Source: Rotaria socialis
Lineage: Eukaryota
DNA length: 64,000 nt
Direction: 5' to 3'
NCBI GenBank assembly: GCA_905331295.1
Contig: CAJNYD010000035.1
Location: forward strand, 1-64,000
The position numbers and the translations under genes were made by a program. This document shows, in pieces, positions 14,297-28,153 of this stretch; positions within the stretch are counted from its first letter, which is position 1, and each line of letters begins with the position of its first letter. The notes beneath the pieces were generated by a model that had not been told where the DNA came from, did not search any database, and saw only the letters and a program-made list of their open reading frames with translations.

Positions 14297-16764
14297 AAAG
14301 TACGATTATGCAAGTTATTATATTTATGTACGGATTATGTAGGAGCTGTCCGTTCTTTACAACGATAAGCGAATGATTCAATAAAATTGGAGAGAGAACA
14401 CGAGAGAACTACACAAAAGAGGAGCTTTTCGTCGGCCTATGTCTGTCTGATCATTATTCTATAATATCTCTTGAAGAACAGATAGAGAGAGAGAGAGAGA
14501 AACAAAGAGAGGCAAAGAAAAGGAAGATTGCAGATGAACTTATCTCACTTGCTTTAGCCAACTAATATGTTGTCTTCAGATTGAATGCGCGTGTGCTATG
14601 TCAATCACAACATTTCCGATTATTCTGATATTTAACTATTGTAGTTGTGAGCATGATCTCTATAAGAGAAAAATAGATCATTGCTCGAGTAGAATCTATA
14701 TGTTATAGGTGGCAAACATACTGAAATGATCAGTAATCATACTACAAACGCTATATATATATATATATTAAAGAACAACACGATGACGCAAGAGCGAGAA
14801 GAATATACAGAATAGAACTAACAGCGAATAACAACAACATTGGCTCTAGAAGAACATACGCATAAATATATCATAAACAATTTGTATGTTCAGTAAGCGT
14901 TCGCGTGTGTATATGGATAACCTCGTTTGTCGTTAGCTGCTAGCAGTTATTGTGTTGTAATAAGTCTGCAATTATCAATACACAATGAGGAATTCGTTGT
15001 AGTATTCACTTGTTTATAGATTCTTTTTTCTGCTAATATTTAGAAGACTTTCAATGCTAAAAGAAAACAGGTGTATTTCACATACTACGTAAATAAGCAT
15101 TCAAGGTTATTATCAATGCCTATTTTCGTATCGATTACACTATGAACAAATCAAGTTCAAGATTTATTAAAAACAGTTAATCATGACCATCATCATTATG
15201 GTCTTGCGGTAACCACAAAGGAATCCTTCACGATTGTCATCGATAGATATGTTGTTTAATAAATCATTTGTTACGTTGATGGTTCTCGTACAGAAGTAAT
15301 ATTAATAAATGAATGTTTTATGAATCTAATGGATAGAATTTATCTCCACAATTGATTCTTATAGGCAAGCGTCGCGAATTCAATATGTATTTTTTTAGTT
15401 TCAAATTTCAATAATGAAATCAATTAGATGAAATTCACGTTCGTCTTTTAATTATGTACTGAGTGCAAGTGCGATGTCACAACGTAGTTTCGATTGGTAT
15501 ATTGAGAACGCTTTTTCTTTCATCAGATTACAGGCTCAACATATCTGTCAACAAATAAGGCGCCTCTTTTTCTATTCACTCAGACACCATCTACAAACAA
15601 TGACATTGAGAAGAATTTGTATCCGAAGAAATAAATTGAAAATTTTTATTTAGTTATAATTGTTCGTCGATTTTCCTATTCTATAATAGGCAATATGTAC
15701 TATTATCTTGTTAATAATATGATGATTGCTTATGAGTTAAATTTGTCTAACAACAAATCGATTTTCCTATTTTTTTACTTTGCTTTGATATTTTTCAAGA
15801 AAAAAAAAGTTTTTGTTTACATGACGTCTCTCTTTCGATGAACATCTGCACGTATTTACTTACTTGAGAGTTATCTAACTAATCCATTGTTCTTACATCA
15901 AAGTATCTAACACGATAAATAAGATTAATATTCTTCTATATTAATGGTGACGTATATGTACAAAAAGAAAAGAACACAAGCAGCATGATTCTAAATCCGA
16001 AAGTATGCAACAGATAAAAAAATACTAAAGTATTCAAATAAAAACTATATGTATTTGTATCTTAGATTTTCTCGTTGATAATTATTGTGTTTTCTATGAT
16101 TGAGTTCAAGTTCAAGATATTCTCTAAATCTTGTATCTGAAGCAGCTATGAAAATGATCTGTTAAACAAAACCAAATGTAGAAAATTGGAGACAACTAAA
16201 CACACACTGAGTTGTAGCTAGATAGAAAAATACTAAAGTAAGTCTATGAATAGATATTGAAAATGAAAAATAATTTAATTAAAGATTTTTTCATTTTATC
16301 GAATTCACATGGAATACATATCAAAAGTAGATTGTTGTTTTTTTTTGTTTATAATAGTGTAGATTGCAAATAGAAAATTGATCGCTATTACGTATTACAC
16401 TGAAAATATTTATGTATACTTCATATAACATGAAATACATGCCAGTCAAAAGATTACTCTCTAAGATTCGATCTCATTAAAACGCATGTTCAAATAATTT
16501 TTTTATCATACGTAAGATTATATCTTTTAACAATTTATATGTATGAAAAATGTGATATCATTAAAATATTTTTAACATCACAACAATAATTGAATGTCAT
16601 TATTGTTAAAAAAGAAATAGATAAAATAATAATCTATTGAAGGAATTCTTGTTTTTTGTATTTTGCAAACAGTAATAATCAAATGGCATAGAAATGTAAG
16701 CTCATGCTACGAGAAGCATAATAAATATAAGAAACACATAGTTTTACTATTTTATATATATATA

Positions 16765-16895
16765 TGTCGTGCCGAAGTTACATTGTTAGTCGAAGTTAAA
16801 CTTCGACATGAAATTTTTTCCGAAATTACAACTTTGATGTACAAGTTTTCTTGTCGAAGTTTAACTTCGACTAACAATGTAACTTCGACACGACA
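16765..16895. mobile_element. Short hairpin MITE (~130 bp) inserted in a TA tract
   Basis: Arm TGTCGTGCCGAAGTTACATTGTTAGTCGAAGTTAAACTTCGACA and its near-perfect reverse complement, with internal (T/C)CGAAGTT repeats and TA flanks. Confidence 0.85.
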
Positions 16896-17035
16896 TATAT
16901 ATTGTAAATTACCATTCATTTTTTTTCAATGATATATAACAATCTTTTTGACATCATACCAAATAAAAGACAAATATGATCACTAATTGAACAACATTTA
17001 TTATACAGGCAGTAATGTGTTCTTTCATTTTGCAA

Positions 17036-17596
17036 TTAAGGTTTATTCATATGAGGCATTGCAATAGGACTACTTAGTAAACGTTGTGCACTTGACGAGA
17101 CAATCACGAGAGCTAATATAAAAACATGATCTTCTCCATTTCCATCTAGGATATCTACCCAATAGAAATTTTTTGTAGCTGAAGCGTCTTTTGTAATAAT
17201 TGCAATGATATTATTGTTTTTTATTAAAGTATATTCTTTCGAAGCTAGATTACCGGTTCTGTACAATTTATATTCACCATTATTAGAACGTATTTCTAAT
17301 ATATGGTGCCACATTGGACCAGTTCTTTTTATGAATGCTATTTGATGCTCAATACCAGGAGTACGAACAATAAATAATTTATACGTTAAATGGAAATGGA
17401 AATTTTCTTGACGAATTCGAATTAGTTCTTTTCCATTTTCATCACATAGTAAAAGTTTGTCACCAATGGCAAAGAATGTCGAACTACCTTTATAATGAAT
17501 ATTTCCTGTATTATCCGTTATAGTAAATCTATGATCTAATGATAAACGTTTTTCTTCAATTAGATAACGTGTTGTTCCAGAGTTCAATATTGTCAT
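17036..17596 (-). CDS. LURP-one-related / Tub_2 (scramblase-fold) protein, intronless
   Basis: Family pattern YLIEEKRLSLDHRFTITDNTG...FFAIGDKLLLCDENGKELIRIRQ...IAIITK...YWVDI...DHVFILALVIV. ATG at 17596. Confidence 0.8.
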   Translation of the reverse strand: MTILNSGTTRYLIEEKRLSLDHRFTITDNTGNIHYKGSSTFFAIGDKLLLCDENGKELIRIRQENFHFHLTYKLFIVRTPGIEHQIAFIKRTGPMWHHILEIRSNNGEYKLYRTGNLASKEYTLIKNNNIIAIITKDASATKNFYWVDILDGNGEDHVFILALVIVSSSAQRLLSSPIAMPHMNKP

Positions 17597-18756
17597 TATT
17601 TTGAAATATCCATACAATGTGACCCAACTATTACAGATGATTTTATGAGAAAAAAGCGACAAGCTATTGATGATCAATGGCAATTATAATTAAAAAACAC
17701 TCAACCGTAACAATAACAAAGTAAAAGTAAAGAAAGAAAGAAAGAAAAGAACGATCACGTTAGTTTAATACTAAAAATTCGAAGGTTAATATTTTTTTCA
17801 TGATTGAAAATTCGTCTAAAAAAGATTTCTATGCTTTTTGTCTGATGTTTATAATAAAATTTAATAGAAAGCCATACATTCAGATTAATTATCAGTTTCA
17901 AACCCATTTTCCCGATAGTTTACTAATATTGAATTCAACTGTTTCTCTTTTTTTACTAAGCGAATTGCAAGTCATCCTTGATGTTTTTCAATAAAATTTC
18001 CTCTTTTGAATTTTGATTAACAAAGTAAAAATATTGATTTCTCATACTTCTTTTGATTTTAATAAAGAAATTACAAGTTTATCCTTTTGATTATCATCAA
18101 GTGAATAACATTAAGGCATAATAATGAAAATGTTCAAGTAGCAAAAAGAAAAGAGAAGACGTTGATCAAAACTCGGGAAGACTTCATTATGTTTGCGATA
18201 TGCATAGAAAAAAAGAATAAAGACAAAAAAAAGCAACGATAACAACCTGATTAAAAAAAAAACAATATAGGAAAAAAACAGGCGAGTATGAACTACAATA
18301 TACACATTTTTTTGTTTTCGCTTCAGACGGGTGTTTCAATCCATCATTTGGACACAGATACATAAACAAAAAACATAATAACCAAAAAAAAGAACAACAA
18401 AAAGACAGTTTCATCATAAACAATCAGCACCTAGACCAAAACAAAAGAAAATACAAGAAATAAATCAAGCACACGAAATGTACAAACAGAAATAGTTTTG
18501 ATTTCCTGTTTTTTTAGACAGTGTTTCGTATCACATAGTGCATATGATATGGTGGAATAAAACAAACAAATAATATGGAATAATGATGCACACGCACTGA
18601 TCTACAGCTACTGGTCTAACAATAGGTTTTATACAAGACAAACCAAAAAACAAAAAACAAAACAAAAGATGATGTTTAAAATGTGTATAGAATGGCATAG
18701 ATTCGACTGTTCCAAAGAATAGCATGAAGAAGAAAAAAAATAAGGAAACTGTTCGA

Positions 18757-21328
18757 TCATCCAATGGACTGAGGTGAAATCATTTTTGGTTTCTTACAAT
18801 CTTCTATTGTATGTTCTTTATTAGCAGCTAAATTAAGCGGTTGATCTGAATGATGATGTTGATGAGATAGACGTGCTGTTAATGATAATGGAACAGCTTG
18901 TTTACGTTTAGTTGATGTTGAATAAGATGATGTTGATGTAGATGATGATAATGATTGTGATGGACTACAATGTTGTTTTTCACTGTCACTTGTACGATCA
19001 CGACTACTATCAAATGAATCAGGTGATGATGAAGTGGATCGATCACTTTTTCCTATTGTTGCTAATAATGGTAATGATTTTGTATCGAATGATGGAATGT
19101 TCGATGATGGTGACGATGAATTATTAGTAACATTACGTGGAGGAAATAATAGAGCCGCATTTGTTGAATTTAAATTCGATACCATCGATGAAGTCGATGG
19201 TGAATAAATTGAAAATAATTGAAGAAGCTGATGATGTATTTGTGCTGATGGCTGATTTGTAAAATGTGATGATGATGATGAATTATCATCATGATCTAAT
19301 ATGATAACAAAGAAAAAAATTATACGTATGAATGAAAAATTGCTGTTTGTAATATTTTACCTGGACTAAATTTTACATTAGTTTCTTGATTAATAGGACT
19401 AGCAGCAGTTGCTTGATATGAAAGTGTCGTTTTTTTATTTAAATTCGAATAAACCATACTTGTTGTACCACTAGTACGTTTCATACTTTTTCGAATTTCA
19501 TCTGGTGTACGCATAAAACGGTAGAGTAATCGTTTTGATTGTTCTTTCGATATGATATTATTTGAATAATAATAACGCATACCACGAGATAATTTTTCAT
19601 ATGTCATTGATAAACGATTTTTTTGAAGCCCTAAATAAACATGCGTATAATTATATATTTAATGACTATTTTATTTATTTTATTTTATTTTCAATCATTT
19701 CGATATAACATACCCCAAAGAGCAGCAAGTTTATCTGCTTGAATAATTCGAAAAATCATTTTTTCTCGATTTTCCCAATGAATAATTGATTCATAATGAG
19801 AATCTTCAAGTAAAATATATAGAAACTCCCATAGAATACGACAATCTAACATGGCAAAAATAAATTAGAAATACAAGAGAGAGAGAGAGAAAAAAAACGA
19901 TAATTTACTTTTAGCTGCTGGTGGTTTCATGAGAATATCACCTCGAAAATCAATTCGATCATGATAATAACGTATTTGTCTTGTATTATCATTTGCAAGA
20001 CTATCTCGTTCTAAATCGTCATTATTTTCACCTGTGTTTGTTACATCATTTGGCTGTTGTTTTATTCTTGGTGATAATTGTGAACGAATTTTAATTGGTA
20101 TTGATTCATTGTTTAAAATATTCAATTTTGATAAACCTGATGATGATGATTTAAGAGATGATGATGGTGAGCTTGATGTTATAGGTGGTGTTGGAGCTGT
20201 TTCATGTTGTTCAATATCCACGTCTTCATCGTCCATGGATTCTTGTTTTATAGATGGACTAGCAGTTCTTGTTGTTGTGGGTGAACAATTTGGTGTTGGT
20301 TGTCGATTTGACTGATGATCGTTTGGTGATAATGCTTCACGTTTAATGCCCATAGATTCATGCACCGGATGATTGAATTCACATTTTTCATGTGATTTAT
20401 GTAACCTCTTGGCTAAAACAAAACAATGAATGTTGATATGAATTGCTTTTTTCTGACTTTTACAAACCTGATGTTACATCTGGACAATAAGACGATGTTG
20501 AAGATGACGATGAACCTGATATTTCACGATTTCGTGTTGATTGGTGTTGATTCATATTATAATAGTTTGCTTGATGATTAATTAAAGATGGTTTAGACAT
20601 TGTTTCAGGACGACTAAAGATATAATTAAATGCCGGATGCATACAAGCAGCAGCCGCAGCAGCTTGATGTGAAAGGACACCGGCAGCATTTGGATGAAAT
20701 GATGATAGAGGTAATGATGTTGTTGGTGGTGGAGGAATATTAAAACGGCGTGCCGATGATGAGGGTGGAGGAAAGCCAAAATTGTTCCATAGAGGATATG
20801 GAAACGCTATAGGAAATATATTCATTTTGATTATTATTTGAAAGAAACGTTCATTTATTATTTACTTTGACATTGCCATGACTTCAGCAAAGTTTTATGT
20901 TGTTGAAGAGCTTTATGCAAGATATCACCAGAACGTGGAGAACGTTGTTTAAAACTATCTTCATTCAATAATAGTAAAGCTTTACCTTGGTAGATAAAAA
21001 GAAAACAAAACGTAGTTAAAAATTTTCAAAAACTTGTTGTTTTATACAGAAGACAAGGTAAAGATGACTCACCATTCATTTCAAAATCTTTCAAATTAAC
21101 ATCTCCTAATGAATATTCATCGATACAATATTCAATCCATTTTTGTACATCATTTTTTGTCCAATAGTCAATTGGATTAACTAAATTTTAGTAAATCAAA
21201 TATAGAAATGATTTTCTTTTCTTTTCTTTTCTTTAAAATTACATACGTAAGTTTTGAGGTAAATTCATTTTAACTGTTGGTGATAAATAATTATTTGTTG
21301 GTAGAGTAGTATTAGTTGTAGTAGTCAT
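18757..21328 (-). CDS. ETV6: ETS transcription factor with PNT/SAM domain, ETV6/TEL-Yan subfamily
   Basis: [22 protein letters not shown]...[44 protein letters not shown]...[13 protein letters not shown]...[27 protein letters not shown]. About 7 exons; further 5' exons are possible. Confidence 0.88.
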
Positions 21329-22728
21329 CGTCGAATTCCCTGTATGTGCTACCATGCTAAAATAAGAAGGAAACAAATAAACAAATGGACTCTGGTTTGT
21401 TCTTGTGCACACATTTTATATCTAACGAAAAAGAGAAGACCTAGAGAAAGAGAAGAAAAACAGAAAGGAGCAGCAACGCACATCATCTTATCCTTCCTTT
21501 TCTGTATATATACACAAGGAAGCACGAAAGACAACAGCAGGCTACGACGACGGTTGTGCACCTGATAATATGGTCATCACACCCTCGATAACGAACGACG
21601 CGTTTTTCTCTCTCTCTTATGCTTGCGCTCTTATTCTCGTTTTCTTCTTTTACCTATTAGTAGTTATACGGTAAAGACAAAAAAAGAGAAAAAGAAAAAT
21701 AATTCGAAAAGAATGGCATGAGAAAGTTGCCTATTAGTACTTCCGATGACTAGTTGTACTATACATATGAAAGTTTCCTTGCTTTGCAACGAATAAAAAA
21801 CGAAATATAAATAAGATATGCGAGAGATGGGCATAGTCGGAGGGAGAGAGAAAAAGACAGAGACGAATGAATAAGAAGGTGAAGTAAAAGAGTGGATGCA
21901 ATCAGTGATAAATCATAAATGCACGCTGTATATATACGGAAAGAAAAAAAAATTGGACAATCAAATACAAGGGATGCTTATTTTTAGACACAATAGGAAA
22001 AATTTGATCAAGGCGAAAAATACAAAAAAAAACTGACGTCTACATAATGAATCTTTCAGACGTGTATACTTGTACATCTATATATATATATATTTGTTAT
22101 CATTTATATTCTTTAAGCTTATTCTAGTTGAGTAAAATATCTTTACTTATATATTTAGAGCCCTTGTATATTTGACGCATATGGAAGCAATAATGCATTT
22201 TTTCACCTTCTATGCAGCTATTTTTTTTATAAAGATGTAAACTTCCGTACGTTTTACCTAGAGAAGATAATAGCAAGATAAAAATTATGAGATACGCAAT
22301 ATACAAGAATACTTAAGAATATAAGAGAAACGTAGTATGTATTCAAATGAGAATAGTTGATATGAATAAAATAATTTTATTGACTTTTCGTCATTGGAAG
22401 AAGAACGAATTTTAAATTCAAAAATGTTTTCTTGCTAACCGGTTCATTCGTTATATTATATCTAAGATGGATGACTAGTCTAAAGAAGACCTATTTATTG
22501 GACAACCTTCTTTTGACTAGAATGAAGAATAACAATGTGAGAATAAGAACGCGAAAAAGGCAAGTTCAGGGAAGTGCCAGTAGGCAGACGCACAATGATT
22601 GATGGAATAAGATAGGGATCTTAGTGTTTGGTCTTGATTATACTTACAGCATTCTTTTCTGTTGTTTAAAAGAAAGAGTGAACACTCAAAATGACCTCCT
22701 TCCTTCGAAATTTTATTGTGGGTCAAGC

Positions 22729-22732
<4 letters not shown>

Positions 22733-22759
<27 letters not shown>
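22733..22759. repeat. (GA)n microsatellite
   Basis: Direct read, upstream of the ETS gene. Confidence 0.9.
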
Positions 22760-22763
<4 letters not shown>

Positions 22764-25700
22764 AGAGATCCATTATTTTTGATTTTACTGTCTACGTTGA
22801 TGTCGTCTACCTTGGAAGTTCAAGAGCACTATTCTCTCGCAGTAAAGGACATATCCCGTTCTTTCTTTTGCTCTTTCACTCACGCATATTGTTCTGTTTT
22901 TTATACTTTTGCCGCCTCGCGGTCAGTCTGCGATGAGAAAAGAAAAGGAATAATTTCAAGTCGTTTTTTGAACATGCATACACTGGCCTTGTGTTCTGTT
23001 CTCTTTTCCCCTCCATCATCATCATCATCTATCCTTTCTACCTGTCGAGACGACGACAGACAGAGAAGAGGAAGGTCCGAAACGGCATATGAAATAAAAC
23101 AAATTTTTCGTTTTTTCTTTCTTCTCTCGCTTATACTAAATTCATTGTGTTGAACGATATCCGCACCAATGCACTCAGCATATATACATATATTTCGGTC
23201 TTTATCTCGGTGACCTCAAAATGAGAACGAGCACTAAAGTATGTGCAATTTTCTCAATGTGAAGTGCATGAATGGAGGTGACCGGAACAAAACATAAAAG
23301 AAAAGAATTTTCGTCTCGTCTCTCTTGAACTTCTCCTCCTTCTAATTTTTCGTCTGATTGTCATGTTCAACCTGTGTGGTACCATCATTGTCACGTCACA
23401 CGATACTGAACAATCAAACACATCATTAAACGATCCATTATCAACATTAAGATGTAATCTCTCAATCGCAGATAGTGACTGACTACTAGTCGACCCAATT
23501 AGAAGATGAGCATATGTATATGTGTATATGATCAGCAGGTGTTTGCGAGCAATGATGACGCTGATAAGACGGAGGACAAACATCAGTCGACCGATTGCGC
23601 ACATTTACGTTAATCTCTATTTTTCCTTTTTCGCTGTGTGTGCGAAGAAGTGCTAATGCAAATACTATGATCATATCAACAGTTTTGTTTTTGTTCTTTC
23701 GTTTACAATACACGAACTAATAAAAAAAAGAAAAAGAAATAGGTCACCACAAACAGTCTCTTATTACAATCATAATCACCATCATCATGTGATCATTGAC
23801 CTAGATGCGCTCTTGTCGAAAATATATCACTCATATGTTATAGGTTTTCAATTCTTCTTATATGCAAATATACAACTACTATATCCTGTCGTTCAAATAG
23901 GAAGAAAAGAACAAAAAACAAGTGAGAGAAACCACCGACGCCCTTCATAAAGACTGTTCAATCTTTATAGGTATGTTTTATATATACATATAAAGAGAGA
24001 GAGAGAGAGAAGACTATTGTACTCCTCAATGAGCAAAGAGAAAAAAAATGAATGAATCGTATAGTCATAGTCAAGTAGAATTTCCATTTTACAGGCTATA
24101 AATTCGATCGTTGTAGGCTTTGCTTCATTTGACTTATGTATCGCTTCAATTCGAATGTTCCCGTCTAGTGAATGGGAATGGGAATGCGACACGACTTGAA
24201 AGAGTGAAAAAAAGAAGGAGAAGAAAAAAGCGTTAAGAGAAAATATGCCCTTGACGGAAGGCAACCAAGAAAAAAGAAAGAGCAGTTAACCTGTTCGCGG
24301 AAGATAAGAAGATAGAAGTAACTCGAAAATTTGATTTACTGTGTAAGAAGAGTATGTGTTCTGTTTACCATCTCAAAAGATAGAAAGATTTACTTGCAGA
24401 GCCACTTTTATGATGAAGGTGATAAGAATATATGCGTGTGAGAATGACGAAGTAAGAAGAAGAAATTAAGAAGCAAGGAAACATACCTGAATCACACGAC
24501 ACCAGTCACAATGATAATGCATACCTAATCATACGAACCATTTTATTTAGCAAAATTTTTCAATAGAATTAAAATAAATAGAATCATTGATTTATATTAT
24601 TCTTAGACATATTTTCACTTACTATCTCAAAAGTAATAGAGAAAAAGCATATTGTATAGATATACTGCTCATATGGTCAGAATCAGTGAAAAACATGAAA
24701 TAGAAAAAAATATATTTCCTGCGCTTGTATAATGTCATCGTTTTGCGTATTCACTCACTCAAAGCGATAATATTTTTCAACATATGCGATCAAAAAAAGA
24801 AAAGAAACGAAATACACTTGTGTTGTCCTATTTATGCAGTCGAATAATTTAGGTATGATGATAAAATCTAAGAAAAAATCCAGAGAGGAAACTTATTTAC
24901 CTGGTCATTGTTCTTTCGTTTCAAACACAAAATGATGACGATAGTATTTATTTCCGATTTCGGCGTCTTTTTTCTCTCGATCAAAAATATAATAGTAACA
25001 TTAATAGAGAGGTAGCAACGCACTTTCGTTCTCACACAGAACAAATACAAAGCAGCCAACCCGGAACTTTCGAAACGTCGTTGCGCATGTTCCGGAATGA
25101 CATTTTTCTCTCCCACCTTTTTCTCTTTTTTCATCGTAAAGGGTTTCGTTCTTTTCGGTTTTTTTCGATTCTTTTCAAAGATTTGAGACGATAGCTGCAT
25201 GACAAAAAAATAACAATAACAACAACAAGAGCAGCGACAATAGTAAAAAAAGACTAAAAACGGCTACATCCTTTCAGTTATTCCAATCCTGATATTTTTT
25301 CGTTATTTCCACTTGGATTATGTATCGACCATATGTGCGCATGTAATTTTCTCATACTTAGAAAAACAATCAAAGGATGCTTCGTTTCTTAAATCATTAT
25401 CAATCTCATATCCATCTGGTTTGTTTCTCTTATTGCTTTGTGCATGCAATTCGTTCGTATTTCTTTCATCATTCCTCATCGTCAAGCATCCGTGTATTTA
25501 TAAGTATATATTCTGTAGCTATTGAAGACTCGTTCTTCTTTTTTTTTCGGTCGTTCTCTCTTTTTTTTGTCTGTTGATTTCTTCGCAAAGCACATACACA
25601 GCCATACAAAGTGCGAGCGGGAAGTATGAGTACTGGGTGCGTTTTCGTTTCGTTTCCTTTCTTTCCGTGCATTTTCGCTTCATGCAAAAAAAAGAAAAAG

Positions 25701-26371
25701 AATAAACCTTTTTTTCGAGGACACAATTGATGCATACGGTGTAGGCGATGATGAAAGGAAAACAATGCTACACAAGAGTTATGCGGTGTACATGGGAACA
25801 AAAACGAAATCCAGTTTAAGCATGCTGTGTAATTGATTGATGTATAATGTGTATGCCAGTGGAGAAGAAAAAAAGAAAGCGGAGTATTTCAAGAAAAAAT
25901 AGATGAAAGCTCACTTTTTTTCTCTTTTTTTACGTATGTTGATCGTAAACAAAAATTCTCCCTACTTCTGTATGTTAGATAAAGTGAGAACAAAAAGAAA
26001 AAGAGAATGAAATTGTTTTAATAGTCAACAATTATTTTACTTCTTCAATACATCTTCTGACAATTCAATTTAGAATTCAAACACAACTCAATCTAAATAT
26101 CGTATGCACACCAAAGAAAAAAAAACGTATTACATCAATGAATATTTTGAATAAAAAAATATATAGTGTAGTAAATATAGTCATGAGGCCAATACGAAAG
26201 TATGCGTTAAGATCTGTTAATCGCTTTGTTGTTCTGTTTCTTTTTTTCATATAGTTATTTTAATAGGTGAAGAGCAACCAGTTACGTTTACCAACATAAA
26301 CCTAAAATTTTAACGTCAGAAAACAGTTCGAGTAAAATTAAGAAAATAATACCAATAAAAGCGGATTGAAT

Positions 26372-26993
26372 ATGGGTCATAGACATGGAAAACATACATT
26401 TACTGAAAGAGATGTACAAGTTTTAGTTAAATCAAGTGGTAAAACTGAAAATGAAATTCGCCAATGGTATGAAGAATTTCGTAAAGAAAGTGATGGTGCA
26501 GATCGAATGAATAAACGACAATTTCAATCGTATTATACAAAATTAAAGCAAAACACAAAATTAGAAGAAATTACAGATCATATTTTTCGAGTATTTGATA
26601 CTGATCATTCTGGTAAACAATTTTTTTTCATTTTAATTTTTCGAGTATTGATTGTTTCATATGTTTATTTAATTAGGCACAATTGATTTCTCCGAATTTC
26701 TTATTGCTTACCTCGCAACAACTGTAGGATCAAGTCGTCAAAAATTTGAATATGCGTTTGAATTATTTGATATAAACGAAAATGAGAAAATTGAAAGGAA
26801 GGAGGCAGAAAAAATGCTTAGCATTATATGTCGAATTATTGGCGTATCACAAGAAGATGCGAAGCTGTATACAACAACAATCATGCTTTCATTTGATACG
26901 AATCAAGATAAAATTATAACAAGAGAAGAGTTTGTGACTGGCTGTTTGCATGATTCAACATTAGGCGAGATTGTTAATGCATTCAATCTGTAG
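26372..26993 (+). CDS. Neuronal calcium sensor family EF-hand protein (NCS/hippocalcin/neurocalcin-like)
   Basis: Exons 26372-26612 and 26677-26993. MG start, EIRQWYEEF, and EF loops DTDHSGTIDFSE, DINENEKIERKE and DTNQDKIITREE. Confidence 0.9.
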
Positions 26994-27791
26994 GAGCGAA
27001 CAAAAAATATTGACTTGTCAGTTATACAAAAAACAATTTGAATGATTTTATTTGTGTAACTTTTTTTGCAATATTATTCAGCCATAAGTCACATATACTG
27101 AAAAAAAGAGATCAGCCTAAGATTATAATAAACGCTTTTTATGAAGCATTTTTTTTAAATAAATTTATTGAATCGTACTTATTCTATAATAAAATTTAAA
27201 TATTTGCTGTGGGTTATTACAAGTGCCATCATAATTTTCATGAATACTTTTCCACAAGAAAAAACAATCCACTCACGGCCGAGTAAAATATGAAATTCAT
27301 CATTCATTGCATGACAGTTGAATAATAATGTGTGTGGTACATGCGCAGTATTTTTCTGTTTTCATAGTTCCTCTGACAAAATGAAAACTTGCTAACTAAT
27401 TCATTTCGAGACCGGGTATATCATCGGTCAATTCGAGCGAATTATTTTATACTGTTTTTTGTTCAGAGAACATTATAAAGTCTATGCATCTATGAAACAT
27501 TTGCACTTGTGGATTGAACAATGTATAAAGGTAGGTGAGTAGTTATAAAACAGACTGACTTATTCTAGTTCAAATTTTAACCAAAACATCAACCTGTGTT
27601 CTTGACTAATGCTAAAAATAGAGAGCCCAATGCTGATATACATACACAATACGATGAACTCACTCATATTATGATGAATAGAATCTATTATGAACTGTAT
27701 TATCAGAAGAATATACGATACGGTGATCATTTAATAGCTTAAGAATAAGTGAATCAAGTATGTTTGGTCAGTAAAAACAAAGATCGACATA

Positions 27792-28089
27792 TCCCAGATC
27801 GAACATTCCGGCCACCGGATCCCGTAGGATACTCCAGGGAATACGCGGGAAAGTCACCATATCCTGCAGGAAAACACGGGAAATCGCTGGAACATGGAAG
27901 CAGTATTCCGGTCAAAAATACGGCCGGACTTTTCCGGCGAATTCCTGCCAAGCTCCGGTGCCTTCCGGCAGGAATTGTTCGGAAATCACCGGAAAAATCC
28001 GAAAAATTTCCAACCGGAATACTGCTTCCACAAAATCAACGGAACTACCCGGAACCGGTCGTTTCCAGGTCGGACTGTTCGACCTGGGA
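27792..28089. mobile_element. GC-rich MITE (~300 bp) with TCCCAG(A/G)TCGAACA TIRs and TA flanks
   Basis: Left TA-TCCCAGATCGAACA, right TGTTCGACCTGGGA-TA. Many internal CCGGAA/TTCCGG motifs; sharp GC island. Confidence 0.85.
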
Positions 28090-28153
28090 TAGTGAAAACT
28101 ATTGTTTGAACAAATCTTTCTTTTTACTTAATCCTAAAGTAATCGGAACGAAG

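Noticed and set aside
18111..18764. Hydrophobic Phe/Leu-rich short ORFs (also at 45234-45530 and 21.3-25.8 kb)
   Set aside because: Translations of T-rich UTR or intergenic tracts.
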